From: an uncultured Candidatus Saccharibacteria bacterium
GTDB lineage: Bacteria; Patescibacteriota; Minisyncoccia; Phycocordibacterales; CAIRYW01
NCBI GenBank assembly: GCA_964446625.1
Contig: CAYUPH010000002.1
Span: 5,743-69,742, forward strand
DNA: 64,000 bases
Direction: 5' to 3'
Shown: one piece after another, positions 27,513-37,811 of the stretch
Position numbering within the stretch: the stretch's first letter is position 1
Layout: every line of letters starts with the position of its first letter
Made by a program: the position numbers and the translations under genes
Notes under the pieces: generated by a model
Told to the model about the DNA's origin: nothing
What the model saw: the letters and a program-made list of their open reading frames with translations, nothing else
Database searches by the model: none

Positions 27513-30409
27513 TTAAGGCTTTCCTTAAACACATCTCCAAGAGAACAATACTCACAGTTCTTGTCGTCACATTTTCTATTCCAAAATTCGAGACTCCAGA
27601 TTTCTTTTAAAGTCTGCTCTACCTCTTTTTTTATTTGTTCCTTATCTTCATTACTCAGAGCAAAGACTTCTTTTTGTGTTAGTCCCCTTTCAGGGCTAAG
27701 AAAGTGAAGTGTTGCGGCTCCTACTCTTCCTTCTTTTCCTGATTCTTCCCAAAGGAATTTATAAAATTTTATTTGTCGCCCCAAGTTTCCATCACTCGTC
27801 TTTGTATTTCCTAAAATTTCATTACGGGTTTTACGCTTACTGCTTTTGAAATCTATAACCTCCGCTTCACCGTTTCTCTCTGTCGACAAATCGAGCTTAC
27901 CTGTGACCGGCACTTCTAATTTAGTTTCTTCTGCTACAAAAGGAAACATGAACGAAAGACTCTCTTCGACAAACACTTTGGTTCCCGTTTCCCAAGGTAC
28001 AAAAGTTTTTAAATATGCAAAAATGCTTTCCTCGCATTTCTCTTTTGCAAGAGGAAGTTCAGCTTCGGAAAAGGCTTCTTTTTCTGCTGACTCATTTATA
28101 ATCTTTCGAATCTCTTCTTCTCCTAGGAGCACCCCTTTCTTTGCTTCAATATGCAGGCGTCTTAACACTTCGTGATTTGTGTTTCCAAGCATACTACTAA
28201 AGTCTCCTGTATCTGGAATAAGAAGAAGATTTCTCCAAAAATATTTCCATGGACAATCAAGGTAGTTGTTAAAAGCAGTCACAGAAAAGTTTCGAAGGAG
28301 AAAAGCCTTTTTTATACCGCCGAGCACCTCCTCTTTTGTATTTTTTTCTTCAAGGATTTTCTCTGGAACTTTTATATCTTTGATTTGAGTTTTTGAAAGA
28401 AGTGATTCGTCTATCTCAAAAATAAGCGCAGACGGAGCGAGCTCTCCTCCTGTATAATCAGAAAGCGAATACGAAACGGTAACATGTTGCCGTGCTCTTG
28501 TTAGCGCGACATAAAACAACCTTCTTTCTTCCTCAAGATCCGTGTCAATCCCAATTCCAGGAATATGAAGAAGATCTGCTCTCCTTCCACTCTTTTCAAA
28601 CCGTTTATCTACAACATCAATAATATACACACTATCGTACTCTAACCCTTTTGAACGGTGTATTGAAGAAAGCACCACTTCCGCCTCGTGTGTCTCGTTT
28701 GGAACATTGAGCGGGAGTTCGTGACGCTTTAGAAAGTCTAAATGAAAGAGAAGGTCTCGGAGCGAAGCTTTTCTGTTTTCTCGCACCAAATCTTCTGCCT
28801 CAGAATATATGACATTTAAAACAGAAAAATACTCCGGGTTTCCAAAGGGTTTAAGCTCTGACCTAAGTATTCGTAGAAATTCTAGAAGAGGTTTTTCATA
28901 CGCATTTTTCGACAATTTTTTAAAAAGTAAAACAGGCTCTTTTGTACCTGCCCCCATTTGTCCCGACAAAAAACCTTCCGCAAAAGACTCCCTCCTCTTC
29001 TGACACTCGGCCGAAAATTGTAAAACATCTAAAAGTGGAACATCAAAAAAACCAAAATAAAGCGCCTCCAAAAGAGCACTTTTTTCGTATGGACTTGAAA
29101 GCGCTCTAAACAAACTTTCAATCCTAAGGTATTCATGGTTATCAAAAAGTGACTTTTCGCCCTTTAGAGAAAAAGGAATCTTGTGTAATTTTAAATACGA
29201 AGCAAATTCAAAAAGCGCACTATTGTACCGACTAAGAACTGCAATATTTTTGTTTCCTTTTTTGAGTTCATCTTTAATCTCTTCTGCAATATACGAAAAC
29301 TCCTCGTCCATCTTTGAAAATTCGTATATTTGGAGTGGCTTTGGCACAAAACTCGCATTGGCAGATAACTCTTCATGGTGGCGTCCATCCTTTGAAATAA
29401 GACTGTGCGCTGCACTAAGTACAATCGAGTGAGACCGATAGTTTTGATTGAGCTCAATCTTTTTTGCTTTTGGAAACTCATCTCCAAAATTATAAAAGTG
29501 AGCAAGGGAGGCACCTTGAAAACGAAAGATTGACTGCTTATCATCTCCTACCACAAAAATGTTCGCTTCTTCGTCTCCTTTGAAAAACTTTATGACTTCG
29601 TTCTGAGCGCCGTTTGCGTCCTGGTGCTCATCTGCAAGAATAAACTGAAAATTTTCTCGCATCTCAAAGAGCATTTCTTTGTCTTTCTTTAGCGCGTCTA
29701 TAAGACCCAAAATTGTATCATCAAAATCATAAAACTTTTGTTCCTCCATTTTCTTTTCGTAAAGACTGTATACTTTTTGAAATTCACGAAGCCTCTGAAT
29801 ATGTTTTCTTTTTCGAGAAAATTCGTCCTCTTTTGTTTTTGTCTTTTTCTCTTCTCCTGCTTCTTCTGCATTTATTTTCTCCTCTTCTTTATCTATAAGA
29901 CCCGTTAAATCATCTGGGGAAACCAATTCACGTTTTAGATCAGAAATCCGTCCTTTGATTTTTCCTATTGTTAGCCCAAACTGAGAACCTGTCCTTACTT
30001 CTTTAAATGTATTTTCTGCAAGGATTTCCTCGATGATTTTCAAAGTTTTTGTCTCACTCGCGGGAAGCCGCGCACCGATTTTGGCAAAACTTTCTGGATA
30101 CTCCGCTCGCATATAGTTTCCAAACCCATGGAAGGTAAAAATGTTTACTCTAAAAGCAGCTTCCCTAATCACCTCTCTAAGTTTTTCGCGCATCGCTTTG
30201 ACTCCTGACTCGGTAAATGTGACAGCCAAAATCTCTTCGGGCTTTGCCCCTGCTTTTAAAATAATGTTTGCAATTCGTAGCGTAAGAAGAGTCGTCTTCC
30301 CTGTCCCAGGGCCAGCCACGACCATTACAGGGCCGTAAACAGTATCTACCGCCTCCTTTTGCCGGGGGTTTAGTTTACTGTACTTCTCCTCAAAAAGCTT
30401 AGTATTCAT
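27509..30409 (-). CDS. UvrD/PcrA-like helicase fused to a PD-(D/E)XK nuclease
   Basis: AGPGTGKT, ADEHQD, VGDDKQSIFRF, NYRS, IHRSKGLE, EERRLFYVALTRA; C-terminal GKLD..IDFK with Cys cluster. Confidence 0.93.
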   Translation of the reverse strand: MNTKLFEEKYSKLNPRQKEAVDTVYGPVMVVAGPGTGKTTLLTLRIANIILKAGAKPEEILAVTFTESGVKAMREKLREVIREAAFRVNIFTFHGFGNYMRAEYPESFAKIGARLPASETKTLKIIEEILAENTFKEVRTGSQFGLTIGKIKGRISDLKRELVSPDDLTGLIDKEEEKINAEEAGEEKKTKTKEDEFSRKRKHIQRLREFQKVYSLYEKKMEEQKFYDFDDTILGLIDALKKDKEMLFEMRENFQFILADEHQDANGAQNEVIKFFKGDEEANIFVVGDDKQSIFRFQGASLAHFYNFGDEFPKAKKIELNQNYRSHSIVLSAAHSLISKDGRHHEELSANASFVPKPLQIYEFSKMDEEFSYIAEEIKDELKKGNKNIAVLSRYNSALFEFASYLKLHKIPFSLKGEKSLFDNHEYLRIESLFRALSSPYEKSALLEALYFGFFDVPLLDVLQFSAECQKRRESFAEGFLSGQMGAGTKEPVLLFKKLSKNAYEKPLLEFLRILRSELKPFGNPEYFSVLNVIYSEAEDLVRENRKASLRDLLFHLDFLKRHELPLNVPNETHEAEVVLSSIHRSKGLEYDSVYIIDVVDKRFEKSGRRADLLHIPGIGIDTDLEEERRLFYVALTRARQHVTVSYSLSDYTGGELAPSALIFEIDESLLSKTQIKDIKVPEKILEEKNTKEEVLGGIKKAFLLRNFSVTAFNNYLDCPWKYFWRNLLLIPDTGDFSSMLGNTNHEVLRRLHIEAKKGVLLGEEEIRKIINESAEKEAFSEAELPLAKEKCEESIFAYLKTFVPWETGTKVFVEESLSFMFPFVAEETKLEVPVTGKLDLSTERNGEAEVIDFKSSKRKTRNEILGNTKTSDGNLGRQIKFYKFLWEESGKEGRVGAATLHFLSPERGLTQKEVFALSNEDKEQIKKEVEQTLKEIWSLEFWNRKCDDKNCEYCSLGDVFKESLN

Positions 30410-30453
30410 GTGGTTGATTATAGCATCTCAAAAATGTATATTTAAATAAGAAA

Positions 30454-30744
30454 ATGAACTACCAAATAAAAACCGCCGAAATGCTAGCGGAAGAAATTGC
30501 AGGACCATTTCTGAAACCAAACATTTCAAACGCAGAAGCTGTGCTTCGCGATTGTTGCCAAACTTGTGGCTATCCAACAGCCAATCTTGGCGATCTTTGT
30601 CCAGGCTGCAAAGCGGAATCAAAAGCAGCCAAGAAAAAACGCCGATTTGTTTTTGGGACAGGCTGGTTCAACGCCCGGCACAAGTTTGGAGTAGGTAGAG
30701 TCAAGAAAAATGGTCGTCCTTGGGGGCCAAATGACTTTTTTTAG
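30454..30744 (+). CDS. Orphan small protein with CxxC..CxxC and basic tail
   Basis: CQTC, CPGC; own terminator at 30746-30769. Confidence 0.6.
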   Translation: MNYQIKTAEMLAEEIAGPFLKPNISNAEAVLRDCCQTCGYPTANLGDLCPGCKAESKAAKKKRRFVFGTGWFNARHKFGVGRVKKNGRPWGPNDFF

Positions 30745-30782
30745 TAAGCAGTCGAAAACTGCTTTTTTTATTTTCCTTCTAA

Positions 30783-31151
30783 CTAGAGAGACTTCCTTTT
30801 GTGAATCGTAAGTGCGTTTCCTTCGGTGTCGTAAACTACAGCCATAAAACATCCAGGAAACTCTTGTTTTTCTACTTTAAACTCAGCTCCTTTTTCTTTT
30901 AGTTTTGAAAGCACCCCGTCAAAGTCTTCTACTTCAAGCGCAGCGCACACACCTTCTCTAGAAGGCTTCCAGTCCTTGTGTCTTCCAAGTGCAAACGCGC
31001 TCTCTCCTACTTCGTACTCAACCCATTGTCCTTCGTCAGATTCTCCACCAAACTCAGTAAGTACTTTGAACCCGAAAACTTCTTCATAAAATTTTCGTGC
31101 TCGCGCCATGTCGTTTACTGGGTGACATACAAATGCAAATTCTTTTACCAT
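30783..31151 (-). CDS. VOC/glyoxalase family protein
   Basis: PVNDMARARKFYEEVFG, DTEGN. Confidence 0.9.
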   Translation of the reverse strand: MVKEFAFVCHPVNDMARARKFYEEVFGFKVLTEFGGESDEGQWVEYEVGESAFALGRHKDWKPSREGVCAALEVEDFDGVLSKLKEKGAEFKVEKQEFPGCFMAVVYDTEGNALTIHKRKSL

Positions 31152-31165
31152 GTGTTTTATTTATT

Positions 31166-32419
31166 TTAATAATTTTTTAGTCGATTCGCTTTTTCGTGAG
31201 TTCGAATCTTTTCTAGTGCCTTTGCTTCAATCTGCCTAATTCGCTCTCTTGTTACACCGAACATTTTTCCTACTTCTTCAAGTGTGTGCTGAATTCCGTC
31301 TGCAAGACCATGTCGCATTTCAAGAATTCGTCTTTCCTTTTCTGAAAGGTCAGCAAGGATTTCTCGCACCTGGTCTGAGAGAATTCTGTGAGATGAATCC
31401 TGATCAGGAGAAGGAATCTTGTCGTCCGCAATAAAGTCTCCGTATGTTGTTTTTTCGTCCCCATCATCTCCTACCGGCGTGTCGAGTGACACTGTTGCTT
31501 GGTCTATCTTTTCGATTTGGTACACCTTGTCTACATCAAGCCCCATCTCTACCGCAATCTCGTCTGGCATAGGGTCTCGTCCAAGGTCTTGTGAAAGTCG
31601 ACGAACAACTTGCTTGTACTTCGCAATTGTCTCTACCATGTGTACAGGGACACGGATTGTTCGCGACTGGTCTGCAAGCGCACGAGTAATCGACTGCCTA
31701 ATCCACCATGTTGCGTAGGTAGAAAACTTGTATCCTTTTGTCCAATCAAACTTGTCTACTGCTTTAAAGAGACCAAGGTTTCCTTCTTGAATAAGGTCAA
31801 GAAGAGTAAGGTCTGGACTTCGTCCGACATACTTTTTAGCAATAGAAACCACGAGACGGAGGTTCGCTTTTGCAAGAAGACTTTTTGCATCTTCATCTCC
31901 GTTTTGAATTCGCTTTGCGAGATCTTTTTCTTCTCCTGCGTGAATAAGTGAGTACTGACCGATTTCTTTGAGGTACATTTGAATCGAGTCGTAGTTCTCG
32001 CTCTTGCCCGCATACTTCTTTAGAAAATCATCGTCATCTGTATGAACCTCAAGAAGTCCTCCTCCTTCAAGAATATCAACGCCTGCACCCTGGAGTCTTT
32101 CATAGAGTTCTTCCAAAAACACAACATCATCTTCAATTGTTGGAAAATCTTTTAGAATCTCGTCATATGTTACAAACCCTCTTCCTCTTCCTTTTGCAAT
32201 TAGAGCAACCGCCTTTGCCTCATAATCGTTTTTCTTTGGAGAACCTTTTTTTAGAGGAGCCTTCTCTGCTTTTTTAACTGGCTTAGAAACAGCTTTCTTT
32301 TTGAGAGGAGCTTTCTTTGAAACTTTTTTGAGAGGAGCCTTTTTGACAGGTTTTACCTTCGCCTTTGTCGCTTTCTTTTTTGGCGCTACTTTTTTTACTG
32401 TCTTTTTTTTCTTATTCAT
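31166..32419 (-). CDS. rpoD: Primary sigma factor with Lys-rich N-terminus
   Basis: [48 protein letters not shown]. Confidence 0.97.
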   Translation of the reverse strand: MNKKKKTVKKVAPKKKATKAKVKPVKKAPLKKVSKKAPLKKKAVSKPVKKAEKAPLKKGSPKKNDYEAKAVALIAKGRGRGFVTYDEILKDFPTIEDDVVFLEELYERLQGAGVDILEGGGLLEVHTDDDDFLKKYAGKSENYDSIQMYLKEIGQYSLIHAGEEKDLAKRIQNGDEDAKSLLAKANLRLVVSIAKKYVGRSPDLTLLDLIQEGNLGLFKAVDKFDWTKGYKFSTYATWWIRQSITRALADQSRTIRVPVHMVETIAKYKQVVRRLSQDLGRDPMPDEIAVEMGLDVDKVYQIEKIDQATVSLDTPVGDDGDEKTTYGDFIADDKIPSPDQDSSHRILSDQVREILADLSEKERRILEMRHGLADGIQHTLEEVGKMFGVTRERIRQIEAKALEKIRTHEKANRLKNY

Positions 32420-32423
32420 ATTG

Positions 32424-34100
32424 TTATTTATTAAAATATTTATTTTTTAGCTCTCGCATTGACTTCGACAAGTCGCTGCATTCCTTTAAAATTGAATTGA
32501 TAAGTGGTCCATCTCTCGAACTCTCGGCTTTTTTGAGGCGGCTCATTGTCTCCACAAACTTCTCTTTTAGCGTTTCATCTTCGAGAATGTAGAGCGCTTC
32601 TTCTATAACTGACTCTATGTTTGGTGCTGCGCTGTAGTATGCTTCTGCTTCATAAATTATTTCATCACTTTCTTCTTCTGCAAAACTTTTTTCAGTAATT
32701 CTTTCTACCTCCTTCAAAACTTTTTCTAAATGCGGACTCTTCCCTGACCTAAGAAAAGCAAGGAGGAGTTTCATACTTCTCTCCGCACCACTTTCTTTTT
32801 TTGCTGGAGAGACATACTGTTTTATTTCCTCTTTTGACCCTACTTCTTCAAGCAAAACTTTCGAAACTTCTTCGCTAACAGAGCTTTCTGGAACACCGAG
32901 CGCGAAAGCTACCTTTGAAATATATTTAGCTTTTTGAATTGAACTTTCTACCGAAGCAATAAGAGGAAGAATTTTCTCTTTCAAAATCTTCTCTCGATTT
33001 TCTTCGCCTGCTTCTCCAAGAATTTGGAGGTAGTAGAGAATTATATTTTGTGCTTTTTGGAGAGCATCCTCCCAAATCTTTATATCTTTTTGAATTGCAT
33101 CTGCTGGGTCGAGACCTGCAGGCAAAAGAACAAGTTCTACCTCAAATCCAGATGCAAGAGCGTGTTGCCACGCTCGCATTGAAGCATTTTGTCCCGCTTT
33201 ATCACTGTCGTATGCTATAAGCAGTTTATCAGTGTGTCGCTTTAGGAGTTCTGCATGACCTGCTGTAAAAGCGGTTCCCGAAGATGCGACCGCTTCTGTA
33301 TATCCTGCTTGGTGACAGAGAAGCAGATCCATTTGACCTTCAACCAAAATCACCCTTCCCTTTTCTCTGAAACTTTTCTTTGCCACATGATAACCAAAAA
33401 GTACCTTTGATTTATCGAAAAGGGGTGTATCTGGACTGTTCAAATACTTTGCTTCTTCTGTATCTTTTTTTAAGGTTCTTCCTGAAAAAGCAATCACTCT
33501 TCCCGTTGTGTCGAAAATAGGAAACATAACTCGTGCACGAAACCTATCATAACTTCCCTTCTCTCCTTGTTTAATAAGTCCTGCATCAAGAAGAATCTTT
33601 TCTGACACTCTTTTTTGAAGCGCGTCCTTGAGGCTCCGCCACTCATCTTTTGCAAAACCGATTCTGTAATTTTTAACTGTCTCAATCGTAAGACCTCTGC
33701 CTTTAAGATAAAGCAAAGCATCTTTTTCATCTTTGAGATTATTTTGAAAGAAAATCGTCGCCTCTTCCATAACAGAAAAGAGTTCTTTTTTAGGATCCTC
33801 TTTCTGACCATTTTCAAAATCAGAAATATTTACCCCTGCCCTATCAGCAAGCATGTGAAGTGACGTTCTAAAATCCACTCCTTCAAATTCCTCTACAAAA
33901 GAAAAGATGTCGCCTTTAGCTCCACACCCAAAACAGTAGTAGGTTCCCCGCTCTGGAGACACGAAAAAAGAAGGCGTCTTTTCGCCGTGGAAGGGGCACC
34001 TCGCTTTGAGGTTGCCCCCCGCTTTCTCCAGAGTTATATAAGAACCAATCACCTCCGCAATCGAAAGCCTCTGCTTGATTTGCTCGGTCGCTCCACTCAT
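32424..34100 (-). CDS. dnaG: DNA primase
   Basis: CPFH..CFGC zinc finger, [32 protein letters not shown]. Confidence 0.97.
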   Translation of the reverse strand: MSGATEQIKQRLSIAEVIGSYITLEKAGGNLKARCPFHGEKTPSFFVSPERGTYYCFGCGAKGDIFSFVEEFEGVDFRTSLHMLADRAGVNISDFENGQKEDPKKELFSVMEEATIFFQNNLKDEKDALLYLKGRGLTIETVKNYRIGFAKDEWRSLKDALQKRVSEKILLDAGLIKQGEKGSYDRFRARVMFPIFDTTGRVIAFSGRTLKKDTEEAKYLNSPDTPLFDKSKVLFGYHVAKKSFREKGRVILVEGQMDLLLCHQAGYTEAVASSGTAFTAGHAELLKRHTDKLLIAYDSDKAGQNASMRAWQHALASGFEVELVLLPAGLDPADAIQKDIKIWEDALQKAQNIILYYLQILGEAGEENREKILKEKILPLIASVESSIQKAKYISKVAFALGVPESSVSEEVSKVLLEEVGSKEEIKQYVSPAKKESGAERSMKLLLAFLRSGKSPHLEKVLKEVERITEKSFAEEESDEIIYEAEAYYSAAPNIESVIEEALYILEDETLKEKFVETMSRLKKAESSRDGPLINSILKECSDLSKSMRELKNKYFNK

Positions 34101-34106
34101 GAATTA

Positions 34107-37100
34107 CTATTCGTAACTTTCAGATTGAGTAAATGAGTCTTGTAGTTTTTTAACCATTGCTGATTTCTTGCTTCCTGCAAATCCAGTTCCTGCCGGAATG
34201 AGTCGTCCAAGAATAACGTTTTCCATAAGTCCAGAAAGTTTGTCCTCTGAACCTTCCACTGCTGCTTGAATGAGAACTCTTGTTGTGTGCTGGAATGATG
34301 CTGCTGAAAGGAAACTCTTTCGTGAGAGAGACACTTCTGTGATTCCAAGTACAACTGGCTCACCTTTTGCTTCTGTTTTTCCTTCTTCTCGCATTTTCTG
34401 ATTCTGATCTCTTAGCTCTGCACCCTCTACAATGTCTCCTGCTGCAAACACTGTGTCTCCTGCATTTTTAATCTTCACTCGTGAGAACATTTGTCGCACG
34501 ATTACCTCGATATGCTTTCGAGATACAGGCTCTCCTTGAAGCTCGTACAGCTTCTTGATTTCTGAAATGATGTATTCTTCTGTTTTTTCTCGTCCTGCAT
34601 ACTTGAAGAGCTCATCAATGTCTACTGATCCATCGGTGAGAAGATCTCCTTTTTTGAATGAATCTCCTACTTTGTAGAGAGCCATTCGAAGTCGGTGGCA
34701 ACTGTATTCAACACCTTGTCCTTTCTTTGAAGTTTTTTCTCCGGCTTCTGGAAGAACTGTGATGATTTTTTCCTTTCCTGTATCTTTAATATCTGTAATC
34801 ACACCATCAACTGTTGCAACAACTGCTGGGTTTCGAGGTTTTCGTTTTTCAAACACCTCTTCAACTCGAGGAAGACCTTGTGTAACGTCTCCAGCGATAG
34901 ATGAAGCACCCTGCGCGTGTTTTGTGTTCATCGTTAGCTGAGTTCCTGGCTCTCCAATCGCTTGAGCAGCGACAGTTCCCACAGCTTCACCAATATCAAT
35001 GATTTCATTTTTACCAAGATCAAGTCCGTAACAGTGAGCACACATACCTTGAACTGTTTTACATGTAAGTGGACTTCGAGCTTTAACTGCTTGTACGCCA
35101 GCGTCCTCAATTTTCTTTGCATCCGCATCAGAAATGAGGTGCCCTTTTGTAAAGAGAACATTTCCGTTTGGATCAAGTACATCATCAGATAGAACTCGTC
35201 CTCGAATACTTTTTGCAAGAGCAATTTCGATTCCAGATGCTGTCTCTTTTTTAAGAAGAATTCCTTCTTTAGTTCCACAATCTTCTTCTGTCACTACAAC
35301 GTCTTGCGCAGCAACGAAGAGTCGTCTTGTAAGGTAACCCGCTTTCGCTGTGTTAAGAGCGGTGTCAGTCAAACCTTTTCGAGAACCGTGAGTGTTAATA
35401 AAGTATTCAATAGGGTTGAATCCTTCTTTTGTAGAAGAAAGAATTGGAAGCTCAATTGTTTCTCCGGCAGCGTTTTGAATAAGTCCTTTCATTCCCGCCA
35501 TTTGAGTAATCTGTGATGCAGAACCTCGGGCACCGGACCGCCACATGTAGTACACAGATCCAGTCTTGTCCAAGTTTTCAAGAACAAGTTTTTCGATTTG
35601 TGATTTTACTCCGTGCCAGATCTGAACATTCTTTCTTTCTCGTTCTTCTTCTGAAAGAAGTCCCTCCTCAAACTGAGTAACAACTTCTTCTGACTTTTTC
35701 TTTGCCTCTTCGATAACCTCATTCTTTCCTCCAGGAACTTTAATATCTTCAATACCCCAAGTAACACCTGAGTAAGTTGCATACTTGAATCCAAAGTTTT
35801 TCATCTTATCGAGAATTGGAGCAAGATTATTGATTCCGTAGAGTGCAATAAAGTCTGCCATAAGAGCTGACATTGTTTTCTTGTCTACCTCTTTGTTAAC
35901 AAATGGATAGTTTGCAGGAAGAAGCTCGTTAAAGAGAAGACGTCCAAGAGTTGTATCAAGAAGTTTTCCTCGCGCTTCGCCATATTTTTCTTCATCTGGA
36001 ACAATTACTTTGATTTTTGCTCGAAGTGAAAGATCTCCAAATGAGTGAGCTGCAAGAGCAGCTGCAGTATTTTCAAAATACTTTCCTTCTCCTTTTTCTC
36101 CATCCTTTGTTGAAGTCATCCAGAAACATCCAAGAAGCATGTCTAGTTTATCAACTGATGCAATAAGGTTTCCGCTACCTGGCTTTAGAACGTTTCGGTC
36201 AGACGCCATAACTTCTCTCGCCTCAAGCTGAGCCTCGTCTGAAAGTGGGACGTGTACAGCCATCTGGTCTCCGTCGAAGTCCGCGTTAAAGGCAGAACAT
36301 ACTAGTGGGTGAACTCGAACAGCGTTTCCTTCAATAAGAATTGGTTTGAAAGCTTGAATACCAAGTCGGTGAAGAGTAGGCGCTCGGTTAAGGAGTACAT
36401 ACTTGTTTTTGATGACATCTTCGAGGATAGCCCATACTTCTGGCACGCCTTCGTCAATAAGTCTTGAAGCTCCTCGAATGTTGTACGCAAGTTCTTGTTT
36501 TAGAATTTGAGAAACAACAAACGGTCGGAAAAGCTCGAGTGCCATGTGTTTTGGAAGTCCACATTCTGAAAGATTAAGCTCAGGACCTACCACAATTACA
36601 GATCGTCCAGAATAGTCTACTCGTTTTCCAAGAAGGTTTTGTCTAAAGAGTCCTCGCTTTCCTTTTAGGTTATCTGCAAGAGATTTTAGAGGTCTTCGTT
36701 GTGCTTGATTTACTCCCGCGAAAGCAGCATTTCCGTGTCGAATTGAGTTATCAATAAGCGCGTCAACAGCTTCTTGAAGAATTCGTTTTTCGTTTCGAAG
36801 AATTACATCAGGCGCATGGATTTCCATGAGCTTCTTTAGTCGATTGTTTCGGTTAATTACTCGTCTGTAAAGGTCGTTTACATCGCTTGTTGCATGTCGT
36901 CCTCCATCGAGAGCAACCATTGGCCGAAGTGCTGCTGGAATAACTGGAATCGCAGAAAGGAACATCCACTCTGGTCTAATACCATGCTCACTCATGTGAT
37001 TTATTACTCCCAGTCGCTTGTGGATTTTTTCTTTTTCAGCTGAAGCAGCTTCTTCAAGAGACGCCTCTAGGTCTTTCTTTAGTTTCTCAAGATCGAGATC

Positions 37101-37778
37101 TTTGAAGATTTTGTAAATTGCTTCTGCACCAATTGAAGCTTCAAAAACTGTTCCGTATTTTAGAGAATACTTGTGGTAGTGAACCTCATCAAGAACTCGT
37201 CCCACCCTTAGGTTTTCGATTTCATTTTTTGTTGTGACGAGAAGTTCGCGAATTGCTTCCTTTGTCTTTTCATCAACAACAGTTTTGATTTTTGATTTAA
37301 ACTCAGAATCAAGGTCAGCAAGAACTCGCTTCTTTTCTTCTTCGTTTATTTTTGTAATCAGGTATCCAGCAAAGTAAACTACTTTTTCTACATCTGCAGA
37401 TGGAATTCCAAGAATAAGGCTGATTCGAGAAGGCATAGATCTAAGGAACCAAATGTGCGCAACTGGTGTTGCAAGCTCAATGTGTCCCATTCGCTCTCTT
37501 CTTACAATTGATCGTGTTAGTTCAACTCCACATTTTTCACACACAATTCCTTTGTATCTGATTCCTCGGTATTTTCCACAGTAACACTCGTAGTCTTTGT
37601 CTGGACCAAAGATTTTTTCATCGAAAAGACCGTTCTTTTCGCTTCTCTGAGTTCGATAGTTCATCGTCTCAGGTTTTGTCACTTCTCCGTATGACCATTC
37701 TTTGATTCTCTCTGGGGATGCTACCTTAAGAGAGATGTGGTCGAATTGGTGAGATGTTCTTTTTCTATTCATTGCCAT
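34107..37778 (-). CDS. rpoC: RNA polymerase beta' subunit
   Basis: NADFDGD active site, LLGKRVDYSGRSVI, GEPGTQLT. Confidence 0.99.
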   Translation of the reverse strand: MAMNRKRTSHQFDHISLKVASPERIKEWSYGEVTKPETMNYRTQRSEKNGLFDEKIFGPDKDYECYCGKYRGIRYKGIVCEKCGVELTRSIVRRERMGHIELATPVAHIWFLRSMPSRISLILGIPSADVEKVVYFAGYLITKINEEEKKRVLADLDSEFKSKIKTVVDEKTKEAIRELLVTTKNEIENLRVGRVLDEVHYHKYSLKYGTVFEASIGAEAIYKIFKDLDLEKLKKDLEASLEEAASAEKEKIHKRLGVINHMSEHGIRPEWMFLSAIPVIPAALRPMVALDGGRHATSDVNDLYRRVINRNNRLKKLMEIHAPDVILRNEKRILQEAVDALIDNSIRHGNAAFAGVNQAQRRPLKSLADNLKGKRGLFRQNLLGKRVDYSGRSVIVVGPELNLSECGLPKHMALELFRPFVVSQILKQELAYNIRGASRLIDEGVPEVWAILEDVIKNKYVLLNRAPTLHRLGIQAFKPILIEGNAVRVHPLVCSAFNADFDGDQMAVHVPLSDEAQLEAREVMASDRNVLKPGSGNLIASVDKLDMLLGCFWMTSTKDGEKGEGKYFENTAAALAAHSFGDLSLRAKIKVIVPDEEKYGEARGKLLDTTLGRLLFNELLPANYPFVNKEVDKKTMSALMADFIALYGINNLAPILDKMKNFGFKYATYSGVTWGIEDIKVPGGKNEVIEEAKKKSEEVVTQFEEGLLSEEERERKNVQIWHGVKSQIEKLVLENLDKTGSVYYMWRSGARGSASQITQMAGMKGLIQNAAGETIELPILSSTKEGFNPIEYFINTHGSRKGLTDTALNTAKAGYLTRRLFVAAQDVVVTEEDCGTKEGILLKKETASGIEIALAKSIRGRVLSDDVLDPNGNVLFTKGHLISDADAKKIEDAGVQAVKARSPLTCKTVQGMCAHCYGLDLGKNEIIDIGEAVGTVAAQAIGEPGTQLTMNTKHAQGASSIAGDVTQGLPRVEEVFEKRKPRNPAVVATVDGVITDIKDTGKEKIITVLPEAGEKTSKKGQGVEYSCHRLRMALYKVGDSFKKGDLLTDGSVDIDELFKYAGREKTEEYIISEIKKLYELQGEPVSRKHIEVIVRQMFSRVKIKNAGDTVFAAGDIVEGAELRDQNQKMREEGKTEAKGEPVVLGITEVSLSRKSFLSAASFQHTTRVLIQAAVEGSEDKLSGLMENVILGRLIPAGTGFAGSKKSAMVKKLQDSFTQSESYE

Positions 37779-37811
37779 ATATTTTTTATATTTTTAGCGA
37801 GTAAAATTCGT

